From the NCBI GenBank assembly GCA_050952645.1, contig JBMNLI010000012.1:32001-96000 (forward strand): a stretch of DNA of 64,000 nucleotides. Reading direction: 5' to 3'. The stretch is from Bdellovibrionota bacterium. Lineage in GTDB: Bacteria > Bdellovibrionota_C > UBA2361 > CAKMMH01. A program made the position numbers and the translations under genes. Within the stretch, counting starts at the first letter, position 1; every line of letters starts with the position of its first letter. The notes below the pieces were generated by a model. That model made no database searches, was not told where the DNA came from, and saw only the letters and a program-made list of their open reading frames with translations. Shown here in pieces: positions 1-9,783 of the stretch.

Positions 1-111
1 TTATATATTTACACTAATATTTAATTGATATAAAATCAAAATCAAGTTTTTCATAAGCTTTTTGTAAGCTTTAGCCTATGGATTATTTCAAAAGTTTTAT
101 CTTAATAACGG

Positions 112-3100
112 GTGATTTTGTTTAATATGCATTTCTTAAAAATTTTAAAATCTAATAATAAATCTAATAGCAAATTTAATAATAAAGCTTTAAAGATGAG
201 TAGAAATTCAAAAGGAGAGGTCCTTGTAAGTTTCGTGCTTGCTGCAATAGTTTTTATTGCTATTGCGTTTGGTATTATGGAGATGGGCATCTTTGCATAC
301 AAAGAGGTTGTAGCTAGCGATAAACTTAAAACGATCGTAAGAAAAGCTGAGTCGAGAAGCGAACTGTTTATAGACTTAAGTGCTAGTGAGCTTTTAAATA
401 TAAGAGATAGAACTTGGTATCCTTGCACTCCTGTATGCGATGATAAAGGGGTGGCTTCATGTGTAGAAGATTATAGGCTAGTATTGCCAGGAAGTCCCGT
501 TACTTGTAAAGAGGTATGTGATTTTTGGAAAACATCGTATGAGTTAGCAAAGTCTGAAGGAGATATGCGTGGCATACTTAATAATGATGTGCCAGATGTG
601 GTATACGATAAAAATGGGACTTGTAAAGCAAAGGTCGCTTTGGTGCTTCCAGGGTTTGAAAGCAAATCTATAAACCCAGATGACCCTAGTGCAGTAAAAG
701 AGTTTAAGGCTATTAATACGACTCATACCGTGTTAAGACTATTACAAGGCAAAGGGAGTATAATAGCAAAAACGAATGTAATAAAAACGAAAGGCTTATT
801 TTCTTTTTATAGCGATGGAGTATTTAAACATGAAACGTTTCACGTTGGAAAGCCTAGAATGGCGATAGTAATAGATGATGATGTTCCACCGCTAAGTCCG
901 TCTAGTTCTAGTAGTTCAAAGAGTTCGCCTAGTAGCTCGTCAACGATTAGTCCTTCTTCTAGCTCTAGTAAGAGTAGTTCTTCTAGTAGCAGGTCTAGTA
1001 GTAAGAGTAGTTCATCATCTAGTAGTTTATTAAGTTCTAGTTCTTCTAGTAGCTTATCGTCTAGTAGTTTATCGCTAAGTAGCAGTAGCAGTTTATCTAG
1101 TAGCAAAAGTTCTTTATCGTCTAGTATCTCATTGCTAAGTAGCAGTAGCAGTTTATCATCGCTAAGCTCGTCAAGCTCTTCGTCTAGTTTAAGTAGCTCT
1201 TCTAGTTCGAGTTTAAGTAATGGCAGTTCATTATCTAGTTTAAAGAGTTCGCCTAGTAGCTCGTCAACGATTAGTCCTTCTTTTAGCTCTAGTAAGAGTA
1301 GTTCTTCTAGTAGCAGGTCTAGTAGTAGGAGTAGTTCATTATCTAGTAGTTTATTAAGCTCTAGTTCTTCTAGTAGCTCATCGTCTAGTAGTTTATCGTT
1401 AAGTAGCTTATCGCTAAGTAGCAGTAGCAGTTTATCATCGCTAAGCTCGTCAAGCTCTTCGTCTAGTTTAAGTAGCTCTTCTAGTTCGAGTTTAAGTAAT
1501 GGTAGTTCATTATCTAGTTTAAAGAGTTCGCCTAGCTCTAGTAAGAGTAGTTCATCGTCTAGTAGCTTATCGCTAAGTAGCAGTAGTAGTTTAGCTAGTA
1601 GCAAAAGTAGTTCTAGTAAGAGTAGCTCTTTTAGTAGTTTATCATCTAGTCTAAGTATCTCTTCTAACGGTAGCTCGTTATCTAGTAAGTCATCTAGTAA
1701 ATCTTTAGCTTCTAGTAGTTTTTCTTTGTCTTCAAAAGATGTTGATTTAAGTTGGTCTTCTGAATTTAGTAGAATTTCATCATCTAATAGAAGCAGTGAA
1801 ACTTCTAATAGTTTTAGTGTAAGCGAAAGTTTTGATTCTTATAGTTTTAGTGATAATAGTTTTAGCGATAATAGTTTTAGTGATGCTAGTTCTAGTTATA
1901 GCAATGATGGAAGTTTTAGTAGTTTATCATCGAATGGTGGGGGCTGTAAGTGTCCTAGTGGTTATGTATGTTTAGATGATATAGAAGGGGACGATAATCC
2001 TAGTGGCGTAGGCAATAGATGTTGCAATAAAGAAGATGGCACGCCAGGGACTGGCTGTTGTAAAGAAGATAATTATTTTATAGGAGATAATGGCGAGCAA
2101 CTATGTTGCGAAGATGGAGAAACTCCAAAATACGTTATAGATGTAAACGGCAACTCGGTTTTTGTATGTAATGCTAGATGCCCAGATGGAAGCGTAGAAA
2201 ATGAAACGGGTAGAGTTATAGTAAGTGATGAAAAAAGTTATAATGAAAAAATTTGTTGCCCAGCAGATATTCCAGACTTTAAGGGATTTGGATATTTTAC
2301 TGGCGTTCCAGTATGTTGCAAAGAAGAGGAGATTTTTTGTCGTAGTGCATGTTGCAAAAAAGATGAATTTTGTGCTGATATAGCAGGCACTTTAAGGGCT
2401 TTTCACGATAACAAAAATGGCTCGCTAGAGCCTTTACCTGCTCAAACGTGTTGTAAAAAAGAGGGGCAAGTTTTTTGTGGTGGCACGTGCTGTGAGGCTG
2501 ATAAGTGCATAGCTCCGCTAGGGACGATTAGACCTAATCAGCGAATTAGCGAATATGTGTGCTGCCTTGGTAGTATTATAACGCATGAAAGCGGTGTGTT
2601 AGAATGCTGTGATACAACGGAAGATAAAAATGTAGTAATAGGTGATATATGTTGCAAAGCTGAGCTCGTATACACGGAAGATAATGAGCAAAAATGTTGC
2701 GATGGAGATTTACAAGAGGTTGAAATAGGAGGCGTTAATGCTAACACTAGCGACAAAAGTGTTTCTGTTGCTTCTTTTAGTTCTACTGCTTCTAAAATAA
2801 AAGAAAGTGGCGATAAGGGAGCTTATAGCATCGATTCTAACACTAGCAGTGTTAGTTTAGATGATAACAAATCTACTATTAAAGTATGTTGTCCTATGGG
2901 GCAGACTGCGTTCGTTGATACTTATGGCAATCCTAGATGTTGCGATGGAACTGCTTATAGAAATCTAAGCGGCAACATGGAATGTTGCCAAACGAATGAA
3001 AGAAAATCATCAACTAATTATTTAAAAAAATATAGTCTAGTAGAAAGAGTAGACGCTACGGGACACACGCAATACGCTTGCTGCCCTAATATGGTTAATA

Positions 3101-4107
3101 ATGCGTATGCGTATTTTAATAATGGTATTTTAACTTGTTGTGGAGAGCATAGAAAAAATTACACATTAGCTGGGCAGGAAATATGTTGTGAAACGAAAAA
3201 TCATGAAGATGCAGATGGCACAGTTTTTATAAATAGCGATGGAAAGATAGAATGTTGTGATAAAGAAAACCATAAAATAAAAGAAGCAGGGGGTAAAAAG
3301 ATTTGCTGTATTGGCAATTCAACGGCTTATATAGATGGTAGTGGTAGCATTCAGTGTTGTGAATATACAGGCGAAGGGGATTATGTAGGAGGTAAGGGAC
3401 ACGTTCAGCATAGAGTTATAGGGAATGTATGTTGTGAAGCGGAAAGAGTGTATACGGATTACCAAGGGTTTGTTCGTTGTTGTGAAGCCGATTTAAAGAC
3501 TATTCCTAATGATGATAAGAAATATTGTTGTAAAGATGGCGAGCTTCCTTATATTGATAGTGATGGTAGTGGTGAGTGCTGTGATATTAAAAAAATATAT
3601 TTAAAAGATGGGAAGCGAGAATGTTGCGAACACGACTTGTGTGGCGATAAGTGTTGTAAAAAAGATGAAAGTTGCATAGATGGTGTGTGTGCAAGGGTTA
3701 ATGAAGATGAAAATTGTCTAGGTGATGCGTGTAAGGAAGATGAGGATAGTAAAGAGGATAGTAAAGAAGATAGTAAGGAAGATAACGAAGAATACAATTG
3801 TATGCTTAGAGAGAGTTTTAAATCTGTAGATTGCACGCCAGGCGATAAGACTAAAGAATGTTGTGGAGGTAGTTGCATATGGTTTGATGAGGTTAAAAGA
3901 TATATGTGTTCGCTTCCTGAAAAGAATTATGGTAAGCCTTGTGAAAGTGATGCGGATTGTGATGATGACACTTATAGGTTAAAGTGTGAAAGTGGTAAGT
4001 GTGTTTTTTCTAAGTGTCCTATTGCACGTTGTATTAGAAATGATGGCTCTACTTATATGGCTCCACTTTGTGGAACTTGCGAGAAGAATGGAATGACTAC
4101 ACCTTAA
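112..4107 (+). CDS. Large surface protein: TadE/pseudopilin-like N-terminus, Ser-rich stalk, Cys-Cys repeat region (start may be ATG 196)
   Basis: SRNSKG|EVLVSFVLAAIVFIAIAFGIMEMG hydrophobic helix; ~340-aa Ser tract (nt ~895-1932); about 28 CC dyads counted in the C-terminal half. Confidence 0.75.
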   Translation: MILFNMHFLKILKSNNKSNSKFNNKALKMSRNSKGEVLVSFVLAAIVFIAIAFGIMEMGIFAYKEVVASDKLKTIVRKAESRSELFIDLSASELLNIRDRTWYPCTPVCDDKGVASCVEDYRLVLPGSPVTCKEVCDFWKTSYELAKSEGDMRGILNNDVPDVVYDKNGTCKAKVALVLPGFESKSINPDDPSAVKEFKAINTTHTVLRLLQGKGSIIAKTNVIKTKGLFSFYSDGVFKHETFHVGKPRMAIVIDDDVPPLSPSSSSSSKSSPSSSSTISPSSSSSKSSSSSSRSSSKSSSSSSSLLSSSSSSSLSSSSLSLSSSSSLSSSKSSLSSSISLLSSSSSLSSLSSSSSSSSLSSSSSSSLSNGSSLSSLKSSPSSSSTISPSFSSSKSSSSSSRSSSRSSSLSSSLLSSSSSSSSSSSSLSLSSLSLSSSSSLSSLSSSSSSSSLSSSSSSSLSNGSSLSSLKSSPSSSKSSSSSSSLSLSSSSSLASSKSSSSKSSSFSSLSSSLSISSNGSSLSSKSSSKSLASSSFSLSSKDVDLSWSSEFSRISSSNRSSETSNSFSVSESFDSYSFSDNSFSDNSFSDASSSYSNDGSFSSLSSNGGGCKCPSGYVCLDDIEGDDNPSGVGNRCCNKEDGTPGTGCCKEDNYFIGDNGEQLCCEDGETPKYVIDVNGNSVFVCNARCPDGSVENETGRVIVSDEKSYNEKICCPADIPDFKGFGYFTGVPVCCKEEEIFCRSACCKKDEFCADIAGTLRAFHDNKNGSLEPLPAQTCCKKEGQVFCGGTCCEADKCIAPLGTIRPNQRISEYVCCLGSIITHESGVLECCDTTEDKNVVIGDICCKAELVYTEDNEQKCCDGDLQEVEIGGVNANTSDKSVSVASFSSTASKIKESGDKGAYSIDSNTSSVSLDDNKSTIKVCCPMGQTAFVDTYGNPRCCDGTAYRNLSGNMECCQTNERKSSTNYLKKYSLVERVDATGHTQYACCPNMVNNAYAYFNNGILTCCGEHRKNYTLAGQEICCETKNHEDADGTVFINSDGKIECCDKENHKIKEAGGKKICCIGNSTAYIDGSGSIQCCEYTGEGDYVGGKGHVQHRVIGNVCCEAERVYTDYQGFVRCCEADLKTIPNDDKKYCCKDGELPYIDSDGSGECCDIKKIYLKDGKRECCEHDLCGDKCCKKDESCIDGVCARVNEDENCLGDACKEDEDSKEDSKEDSKEDNEEYNCMLRESFKSVDCTPGDKTKECCGGSCIWFDEVKRYMCSLPEKNYGKPCESDADCDDDTYRLKCESGKCVFSKCPIARCIRNDGSTYMAPLCGTCEKNGMTTP
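919..1600 (+). repeat. In-frame internal duplications in the Ser tract
   Basis: aagagttcgcctag block starts at 919, 1243 and 1522 (periods 324 and 279 nt) with long near-identical stretches. Confidence 0.85.
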
Positions 4108-4180
4108 ATGAAAAGGTGATATTTAATATAATCTATTTATATATAATTTAAGTTTATATAATTTAAGACTATTTATATTT

Positions 4181-4915
4181 ATGCAAACATCGATAACTCC
4201 ACAGCAAAAAAAATATGCAAGTGCTAATAATGCACTAAAGTTGTACAAGTCTTATATAGTTGGGGAAGAGAGTTCTTATATAACTTTAATCATCTATGAG
4301 TTTCTAGTTTTTTTAGGAAATTTTACACCTAGTATATTTGGTGTGGCGATTAGAATTTTAGTATATAAAATTTTTCTTAAAAAATTAGGCAAGAAATCTT
4401 ACTTTGGAAAAAATGTAGAGATAAGAAATCCATCGAAAATTAAAATTGGTAAAAAGGCTATAGTCGATGATAATGTATTAGTAGATGCTAGAGGAGAAAA
4501 TGCTAATATCGATATAGGAGATTTTACGCTTATCGGGAAGAATACGATGATAATTTCTAAAAATGCAGATATTAAATTAGAAGATGGAGTTAATATTAGT
4601 TCTTTTTGTAGGATTGCTTCTGAGTCTAAAATTCATATAGGAAAAAGCACTCTTATTTCTGCTTATTCATATATAGGCCCTGGGAACCATAGTATAAAAG
4701 CGGATGAAAATAGCCAAAGGGCTAGTGAAAAAATGGATATTAAAGGGGGAGTCTATATCGGTGATAACTGCTGGGTAGCGACTAGGGCTACCATCTTAGA
4801 TGGAGTAAAAATTGGCAACAATTCGATAGTTGCAGCTCACTCATTCGTTAACAAAGATGTCCCTGAAAATGTTATCGTAGCTGGCACTCCTGCAAAGATT
4901 ATAAGGTATTTATAA
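4181..4915 (+). CDS. Hexapeptide-repeat (LbH) acyltransferase, probably glycan O-acetylation
   Basis: IGKKAIV/IGDFTLIG/IGDNCWVATRATILDGVKIGNNSIVAAHSFVNKDVP...AGTPAK. Confidence 0.85.
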   Translation: MQTSITPQQKKYASANNALKLYKSYIVGEESSYITLIIYEFLVFLGNFTPSIFGVAIRILVYKIFLKKLGKKSYFGKNVEIRNPSKIKIGKKAIVDDNVLVDARGENANIDIGDFTLIGKNTMIISKNADIKLEDGVNISSFCRIASESKIHIGKSTLISAYSYIGPGNHSIKADENSQRASEKMDIKGGVYIGDNCWVATRATILDGVKIGNNSIVAAHSFVNKDVPENVIVAGTPAKIIRYL

Positions 4916-4928
4916 AATAAAATTTTTT

Positions 4929-5026
4929 GGTTCTTTCACGTTTTAGGTGGGTTAAGAAAATTGTTTCTTTTGGGCTTCGTGGATGAGTGATTATGAGAGC
5001 AAGCTAACCTTAAAATTGTGAAGAAC
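4929..5026 (+). mobile_element. Internally deleted copy of the MITE at 57290
   Basis: Starts ggttctttcacgttttaggtgggtt, contains tcttttgggcttcgt, ends aaccttaaaattgtgaagaac. Confidence 0.7.
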
Positions 5027-5158
5027 TTTTTTTTTACTTTTTTACGTTTAGGGGGAGGGATTTTAGTCTTGTAAGTTTTAGGTTAATGATTATATAATAT
5101 TTTTACTTAAGTTTTTTTATTACGGTATTTTTTTGAAAAAAGCAAATTGTTAATTTAA

Positions 5159-5904
5159 CCCCAAACTTCTTGTTGCAAGCTTGGAGAGTGTTGTGCATAT
5201 AGCAATTGGGAAACAGAGATATTTGTATGTTGTCCATCTGGTGAGACATATGATGAAAATACTGGTAGGTGTACAAATGAAAGTGAAGGTAGCACATGTA
5301 GCGGAAGTTATAATAGTTATGAAACGGAATCTGTAAGTAGTGTATCTAGTAAAAGTTCAGAAAGCCAAGCGAGTTGCGAAAGTGGCTCTTATGCTTGTGG
5401 AACTAATTGCTGTTCTAGTGAGCAAGATTGTTATAATGATAGAAGTGAATGTTGTGATGGTAAGTTTGTAAATGGGACGTGTTGCCCAACAGAGAGAGTT
5501 TACGATGGTTCTAAATGTGTGATGAGGGTAAGGTTGCTTATACATCATACTTAGGAAGTGGTTGCTGTGAGATAGATCGTATATATACGCATGATATTTA
5601 TGAATATTGTTGTCGTGAACCGTTATGTGGTGGTGAATGTTGTGGCGAACTAAGAGAATGTAATAATGGCGAATGTGTAGATAAAGAAGGATACTCGGCT
5701 AGTTCAGGCTCTCAAAGTATTTGCTTTCAACTGATTCAATATCAAGAAGAGTTGCTAAAGACAAAAAGTTCGGAGTTGGAAAAGCTTGATTCTATTTTAA
5801 GAATTGAAAAAGGAAAGATCTTTTTTCAATCAAGGAAAGACAGAGAAATTGAAATTGCTGAAGCTTTAGCAGGTGAAAACAAGGCGATGGGTAAGCAAAA
5901 TTAA
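5159..5904 (+). pseudogene. Start-less, frameshifted fragment of a Cys-Cys repeat protein
   Basis: Frame from 5162 reads QTSCCKLGECCAY...CCPSG...CGTNCCSS...TCCPTERVYDGSKC and joins ORF 5515..5904 after a 1-nt loss at ~5516; in-frame TAA at 5156 and no start codon. Confidence 0.7.
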
Positions 5905-5919
5905 TTCCTTAATATTTTG

Positions 5920-5959
5920 AGCTCTTTTTACTTTTTATAGTAGGGGGCTCTTTTTTTTT
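5920..5959 (+). terminator. Intrinsic terminator
   Basis: gagctcttt...agggggctc followed by T9. Confidence 0.6.
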
Positions 5960-6199
5960 ATTCGTCAAGTTTTACTTTTCAAAGTTAATACTGCTTCTTA
6001 AAGGCAATTTTTTTCGTCATTAGTGTTGTAGAAAAACTTATTTAATGATATCTTAAGTAGTGGAGCTTTTTTGCATGATAAATCCTAATATAGTGTATTA
6101 GTTGCTACTTTGACGCTAATTTTTAGTGCGTTATTTTTAAGTATTTATTTTGCAAATATTTTAAAAAAGTTTTTATTTTATTATAAGGGAATTTTTATT

Positions 6200-6778
6200 A
6201 TGGAAAAATCGTTAAAGGGAACGCAAACGGAAAAAAATTTATTGACGTCTTTTGCTGGTGAGTCTCAAGCAAGAAATAGATATACGTATTTTGCTAGCGT
6301 AGCTAAAAAAGAAGGATATAGACAAATAAGTGAAATTTTTGAGGAGACTGCAAACCAAGAAAGTGCACACGCTAAAAGAATGTTTAAATTTTTAGAAGGT
6401 GGCTCGGTAGAAATTACTGCATCATACCCAGCAGGAGTTATCGGGGATACTTTAGCAAACTTAGAAGCTGCCGCTAAAGGCGAACATGAAGAATGGGAAA
6501 TGGATTATCCAAAATTTGCTGAAATAGCTAAACAAGAAGGCTTTAATGAAATTGCCGCTATGTATAGGGCTATCGCAATATCTGAAAAACAACATGAAAA
6601 AAGATACATAGCACTAGCTGAAAATATTAAAAATGGCACAGTATTTAAGAAAGCTGAAAAAATTAAGTGGTTCTGCAAGAATTGTGGCTACGTCCACGAA
6701 GGGGAAACGGCACCTGCAACTTGCCCAGCTTGTGTGCATCCTCAAGCCCATTTTGAGATGTTAAAAGAAAATTGGTAA
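6200..6778 (+). CDS. rbr: Rubrerythrin
   Basis: LKGTQTEKNLLTSFAGESQARNRY, ExxH pairs, C-terminal CKNCG...CPAC rubredoxin site; ATG 6200 after AAGGGA. Confidence 0.95.
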   Translation: MEKSLKGTQTEKNLLTSFAGESQARNRYTYFASVAKKEGYRQISEIFEETANQESAHAKRMFKFLEGGSVEITASYPAGVIGDTLANLEAAAKGEHEEWEMDYPKFAEIAKQEGFNEIAAMYRAIAISEKQHEKRYIALAENIKNGTVFKKAEKIKWFCKNCGYVHEGETAPATCPACVHPQAHFEMLKENW

Positions 6779-6795
6779 TTTAAAAGTTTTTGTTT

Positions 6796-6831
6796 AAGCC
6801 TCTTAAAAAAAAACGTTTAAGAGGCTTTTTT
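6796..6831 (+). terminator. Intrinsic terminator
   Basis: aagcctcttaaa...tttaagaggctt + T run. Confidence 0.8.
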
Positions 6832-6869
6832 AATTAAAGTAATTTAAAAAATATATTTGGAGTGTTTAT

Positions 6870-8348
6870 ATGAATAACGCAAAACGATTAAAAGTTCTTA
6901 TTTTTATTATTAGTTATAATCATGAAAATTTATTAGGAAAAGTTCTAGATAGAATTCCTGAGTCTCTTCACACAGATTATCCTAATGTAGATTTTGAAGT
7001 TTTAATAATTGAGGATGCTTCAAAAGATAAAACGTTTGAAGTTGGATACGAGTTTTTAAAAACATACAAAAAATTTAAAACGACACTCCTTTCTAATCCT
7101 ATAAATCAACAATTCGGAGGAAACCAAAAAATTGGGTATACGTATGCTATACAAAATGATTTTGATCACGTAGTGCTTCTTCACGGTGATGGGCAATACG
7201 CCCCAGAGATGATTCCAACGCTTGTAAAACCTTTAATCGATGGCGAGGCTGATGCTGTGTTTGGTTCTCGTATGATGGATCCTAAGGGGGCGTTAGAAGG
7301 TGGTATGCCTAAATATAAATTTATAGGAAACAAAATCTTAACAAAAATTGAAAACTCGATGATAGGTAGTAAACTTTCTGAGTGGCACTCAGGTTTTAGA
7401 TTGTACTCGGTAAACGCTTTAAAGAAGATGCCTTTTCAATATAGTTCAAACTATTATGATTTTGATACACAAATTATTATTCAATTAGTAGGTCAAGGGC
7501 TAAGAATAACAGAGATTCCTATTCCTACATATTATGGAGATGAAGAATGTAATGTTGATGGATTCAAATATGCTAGAAAAATTTTAATCGCTTGTATGTT
7601 ATTTAAGATTCAAGATTGGGGAATTTTTCATCATCCATGTTATTACTTAGAAGATAGATACAAAAAGAAACCTAGCAGGCTTTCTTTTGATACGTCTGCA
7701 AAAAGATTAGTAGATAAGCTAAAAACTGTAAAAGGGCTTTCTCTAGTAGTTTTAGATAAAAAAGAATATCAAATAAAAGAGTACCTAGATAACGAAAAAC
7801 TAAATATAGAAATCGTAGAACCTGAGTTTGATTTAGCTATTTTAGATGAAGATAAAGAAAAGTTTGAAGCAGTATTTTTTATAGATAGCTTCGAGTGTTT
7901 TTCTAATCCTGAAGAATTGCTAGTAGCTTTAAGAGAAAGCAAGAGAACTTGCGATAGTAAGTGTTATGGTGCAGTTTCAAATGTTGCCTTTATTTTTACT
8001 AGATTGATGCTCCTTTTTGGAAGCTTTAATTATGGTATTAGAGGGATTTTAGATTTTAGACATAAGAGATTATATACACGTAAGTCTTTAAGAAGATTGC
8101 TACAATACCATGCTTGTGAAGTAGAAAAAATAGAGAGCATATCCGTTCCTTGGAAACTAGTGTTTAAAAGTAAGATAATGGTAGCTTTAGCTTCATTTAT
8201 TTGGAGCTTCGGATACATACCATTTAAGGGATTATTTTCTTATCAATACTATTTCGAGTTTAAAACTCTTCCATCTATAAAAGCATTGCTTAAGAGAACT
8301 AAAGAGTATACTAAGCAAAGAGAAGAAGAGATAAAAAATAAGAAATAA
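6870..8348 (+). CDS. GT2 (DPM1-like) glycosyltransferase with degenerate C-terminal methyltransferase-like domain
   Basis: IISYN, IIEDASKDKT, LHGDGQY, VFGSR, HSGFRLYS, EIPIPTYYGDE. Confidence 0.85.
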   Translation: MNNAKRLKVLIFIISYNHENLLGKVLDRIPESLHTDYPNVDFEVLIIEDASKDKTFEVGYEFLKTYKKFKTTLLSNPINQQFGGNQKIGYTYAIQNDFDHVVLLHGDGQYAPEMIPTLVKPLIDGEADAVFGSRMMDPKGALEGGMPKYKFIGNKILTKIENSMIGSKLSEWHSGFRLYSVNALKKMPFQYSSNYYDFDTQIIIQLVGQGLRITEIPIPTYYGDEECNVDGFKYARKILIACMLFKIQDWGIFHHPCYYLEDRYKKKPSRLSFDTSAKRLVDKLKTVKGLSLVVLDKKEYQIKEYLDNEKLNIEIVEPEFDLAILDEDKEKFEAVFFIDSFECFSNPEELLVALRESKRTCDSKCYGAVSNVAFIFTRLMLLFGSFNYGIRGILDFRHKRLYTRKSLRRLLQYHACEVEKIESISVPWKLVFKSKIMVALASFIWSFGYIPFKGLFSYQYYFEFKTLPSIKALLKRTKEYTKQREEEIKNKK

Positions 8349-8579
8349 AAATAAGAAATAGGAGATAAAAAAAAGGGAGTAGTTTTAAAAGACGAATTTC
8401 TTTTACAACTACCCCCTACTTGCAAAAAGGATGGTATATGCCTAACAAATAACACTATCGAACGAAAAATAGTTTTCATTATATTTTGTATCTTTTTTTT
8501 CTTGCCTATTGTATTTTTTAAGATAACTTGTTATATTTAAAAGAATATTTTTTCAATTAAATATTTTTCAATTAATTGA

Positions 8580-8652
8580 GGCTCGATAGCCAAGTGGTCT
8601 AAGGCAGTGGTTTGCAAAACCATTATCTCCGGTTCGAATCCGGATCGGGCCT
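8580..8652 (+). tRNA. tRNA-Cys(GCA), CCA not encoded
   Basis: Acceptor ggctcga/tcgggcc, D arm gcc-aagtggtctaa-ggc, anticodon loop ttGCAaa, T loop ttcgaat. Confidence 0.95.
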
Positions 8653-8793
8653 ATAACTCATTTTATATAGTTTTGTGCCTTATTATATTTAAAAAAATTT
8701 TGGATTGATAAAAGTATACGGCTAGAGCTATGCTTTCTAAATTATCTTATTTAATATTTTAATATTCTTACTTAATATCGTTATTTAATATTG

Positions 8794-9372
8794 TTATTTT
8801 ATATCATCACCAAGTAAGTCGATAAAAAATAGTCCCGTTCCAAAGTCTAGTATTTCTTCCGTGCAAACTCCTGCATATACCCCAAATAGTAAAAGGTCGA
8901 CGCCAGCTCCTAACTCCCCAGGGCAAGTATTTCTAGACTGTGATTCCGAAAAAAAGGGACCTGCACCAATTTCTTCACCTATTTCTAATTTCACAGGAAC
9001 ATCTCGACCAAAATTTCCAAACCTTAATGATGCTGGTATCATTTCCCTATAACCGAACTGCCCATATTTAGTAATCCTTACTACGGCTCCAACCGATGGC
9101 CCTACGCCAATATCAAACTTAAAAATATCTATAAGGTCTAACACTCTATTTATAGGCCATAAGAGGACTTGCTTAAAAATAGATGGCGACTCTTTTTTCT
9201 TTGGCTCTGAGATATCACTCCACGGCCTTTTAGGACTTACCTCTACTTTATTTTCTGAGTTTTCCACGGCAAAAGAATAGCTTGTTATAAAAAGCGAACT
9301 TAAAAAAATAAAAAATAAGATAGATAAAAAATTTTTTGCTATATATGTAAATTTTTTAAATTTAGTTTTCAT
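8794..9372 (-). CDS. Hypothetical exported/membrane protein
   Basis: 192-aa ORF with signal peptide ending SYSFA and a Gly-rich beta-like region. Confidence 0.65.
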   Translation of the reverse strand: MKTKFKKFTYIAKNFLSILFFIFLSSLFITSYSFAVENSENKVEVSPKRPWSDISEPKKKESPSIFKQVLLWPINRVLDLIDIFKFDIGVGPSVGAVVRITKYGQFGYREMIPASLRFGNFGRDVPVKLEIGEEIGAGPFFSESQSRNTCPGELGAGVDLLLFGVYAGVCTEEILDFGTGLFFIDLLGDDIK

Positions 9373-9593
9373 AAGATATATGCTAACAAAGAAAAGTTAT
9401 TAAAGAAATATAGAAAAAATCGACCTCTTTCACGTTTTAATATTTGCCTTGTTGATTGCCAAATTAAACTAGACACTAAAATAAAAATATCCTATTTTTA
9501 TAAATCTTACCATCTTTAATTTAAAACGCCGTTTCCTTTTTTAAAAAATATTTCATCAAATTTTAAAAAAATAAATAAAAAACAATTTTGTGC

Positions 9594-9658
9594 TTGACGA
9601 TTCGTTAAAAAACTAGTATCTTTCAAACATTAGGTGGGTTAATGTGGGATTTTGTGGG
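9594..9658 (+). promoter_or_regulatory. dcw promoter with MraZ boxes
   Basis: TTGACG-17-TATCTT followed by three GTGGG repeats at 9634, 9644 and 9654 (10-bp period), upstream of mraZ. Confidence 0.8.
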
Positions 9659-9783
9659 AGAATTGGATAAATTCTATAAAATTAGGAAATAAGTATGTAA
9701 TTAGCTTAAATTGTTAGGTTTTTTAACTAAATTTAAAAAATATTTATAAATATAAAGAGTAATTTGCATATAATTATATATGA

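Noticed and set aside
840..1604. Leu/Glu-rich 254-aa minus-strand ORF (also 57736..58179)
   Set aside because: Antisense shadow of Ser codons (tct/agt/agc)
3790..4023. DGR template/variable repeat pair with 58469-58695
   Set aside because: Differences are not confined to adenines, include indels, and there is no reverse transcriptase in the window
6061..6074. sigma54 promoter before rbr
   Set aside because: GG-to-GC spacing is one base short
9422..9530. Further MITE copy (tctttcacgtttta)
   Set aside because: Only ~14 bp match; no internal similarity or target duplication
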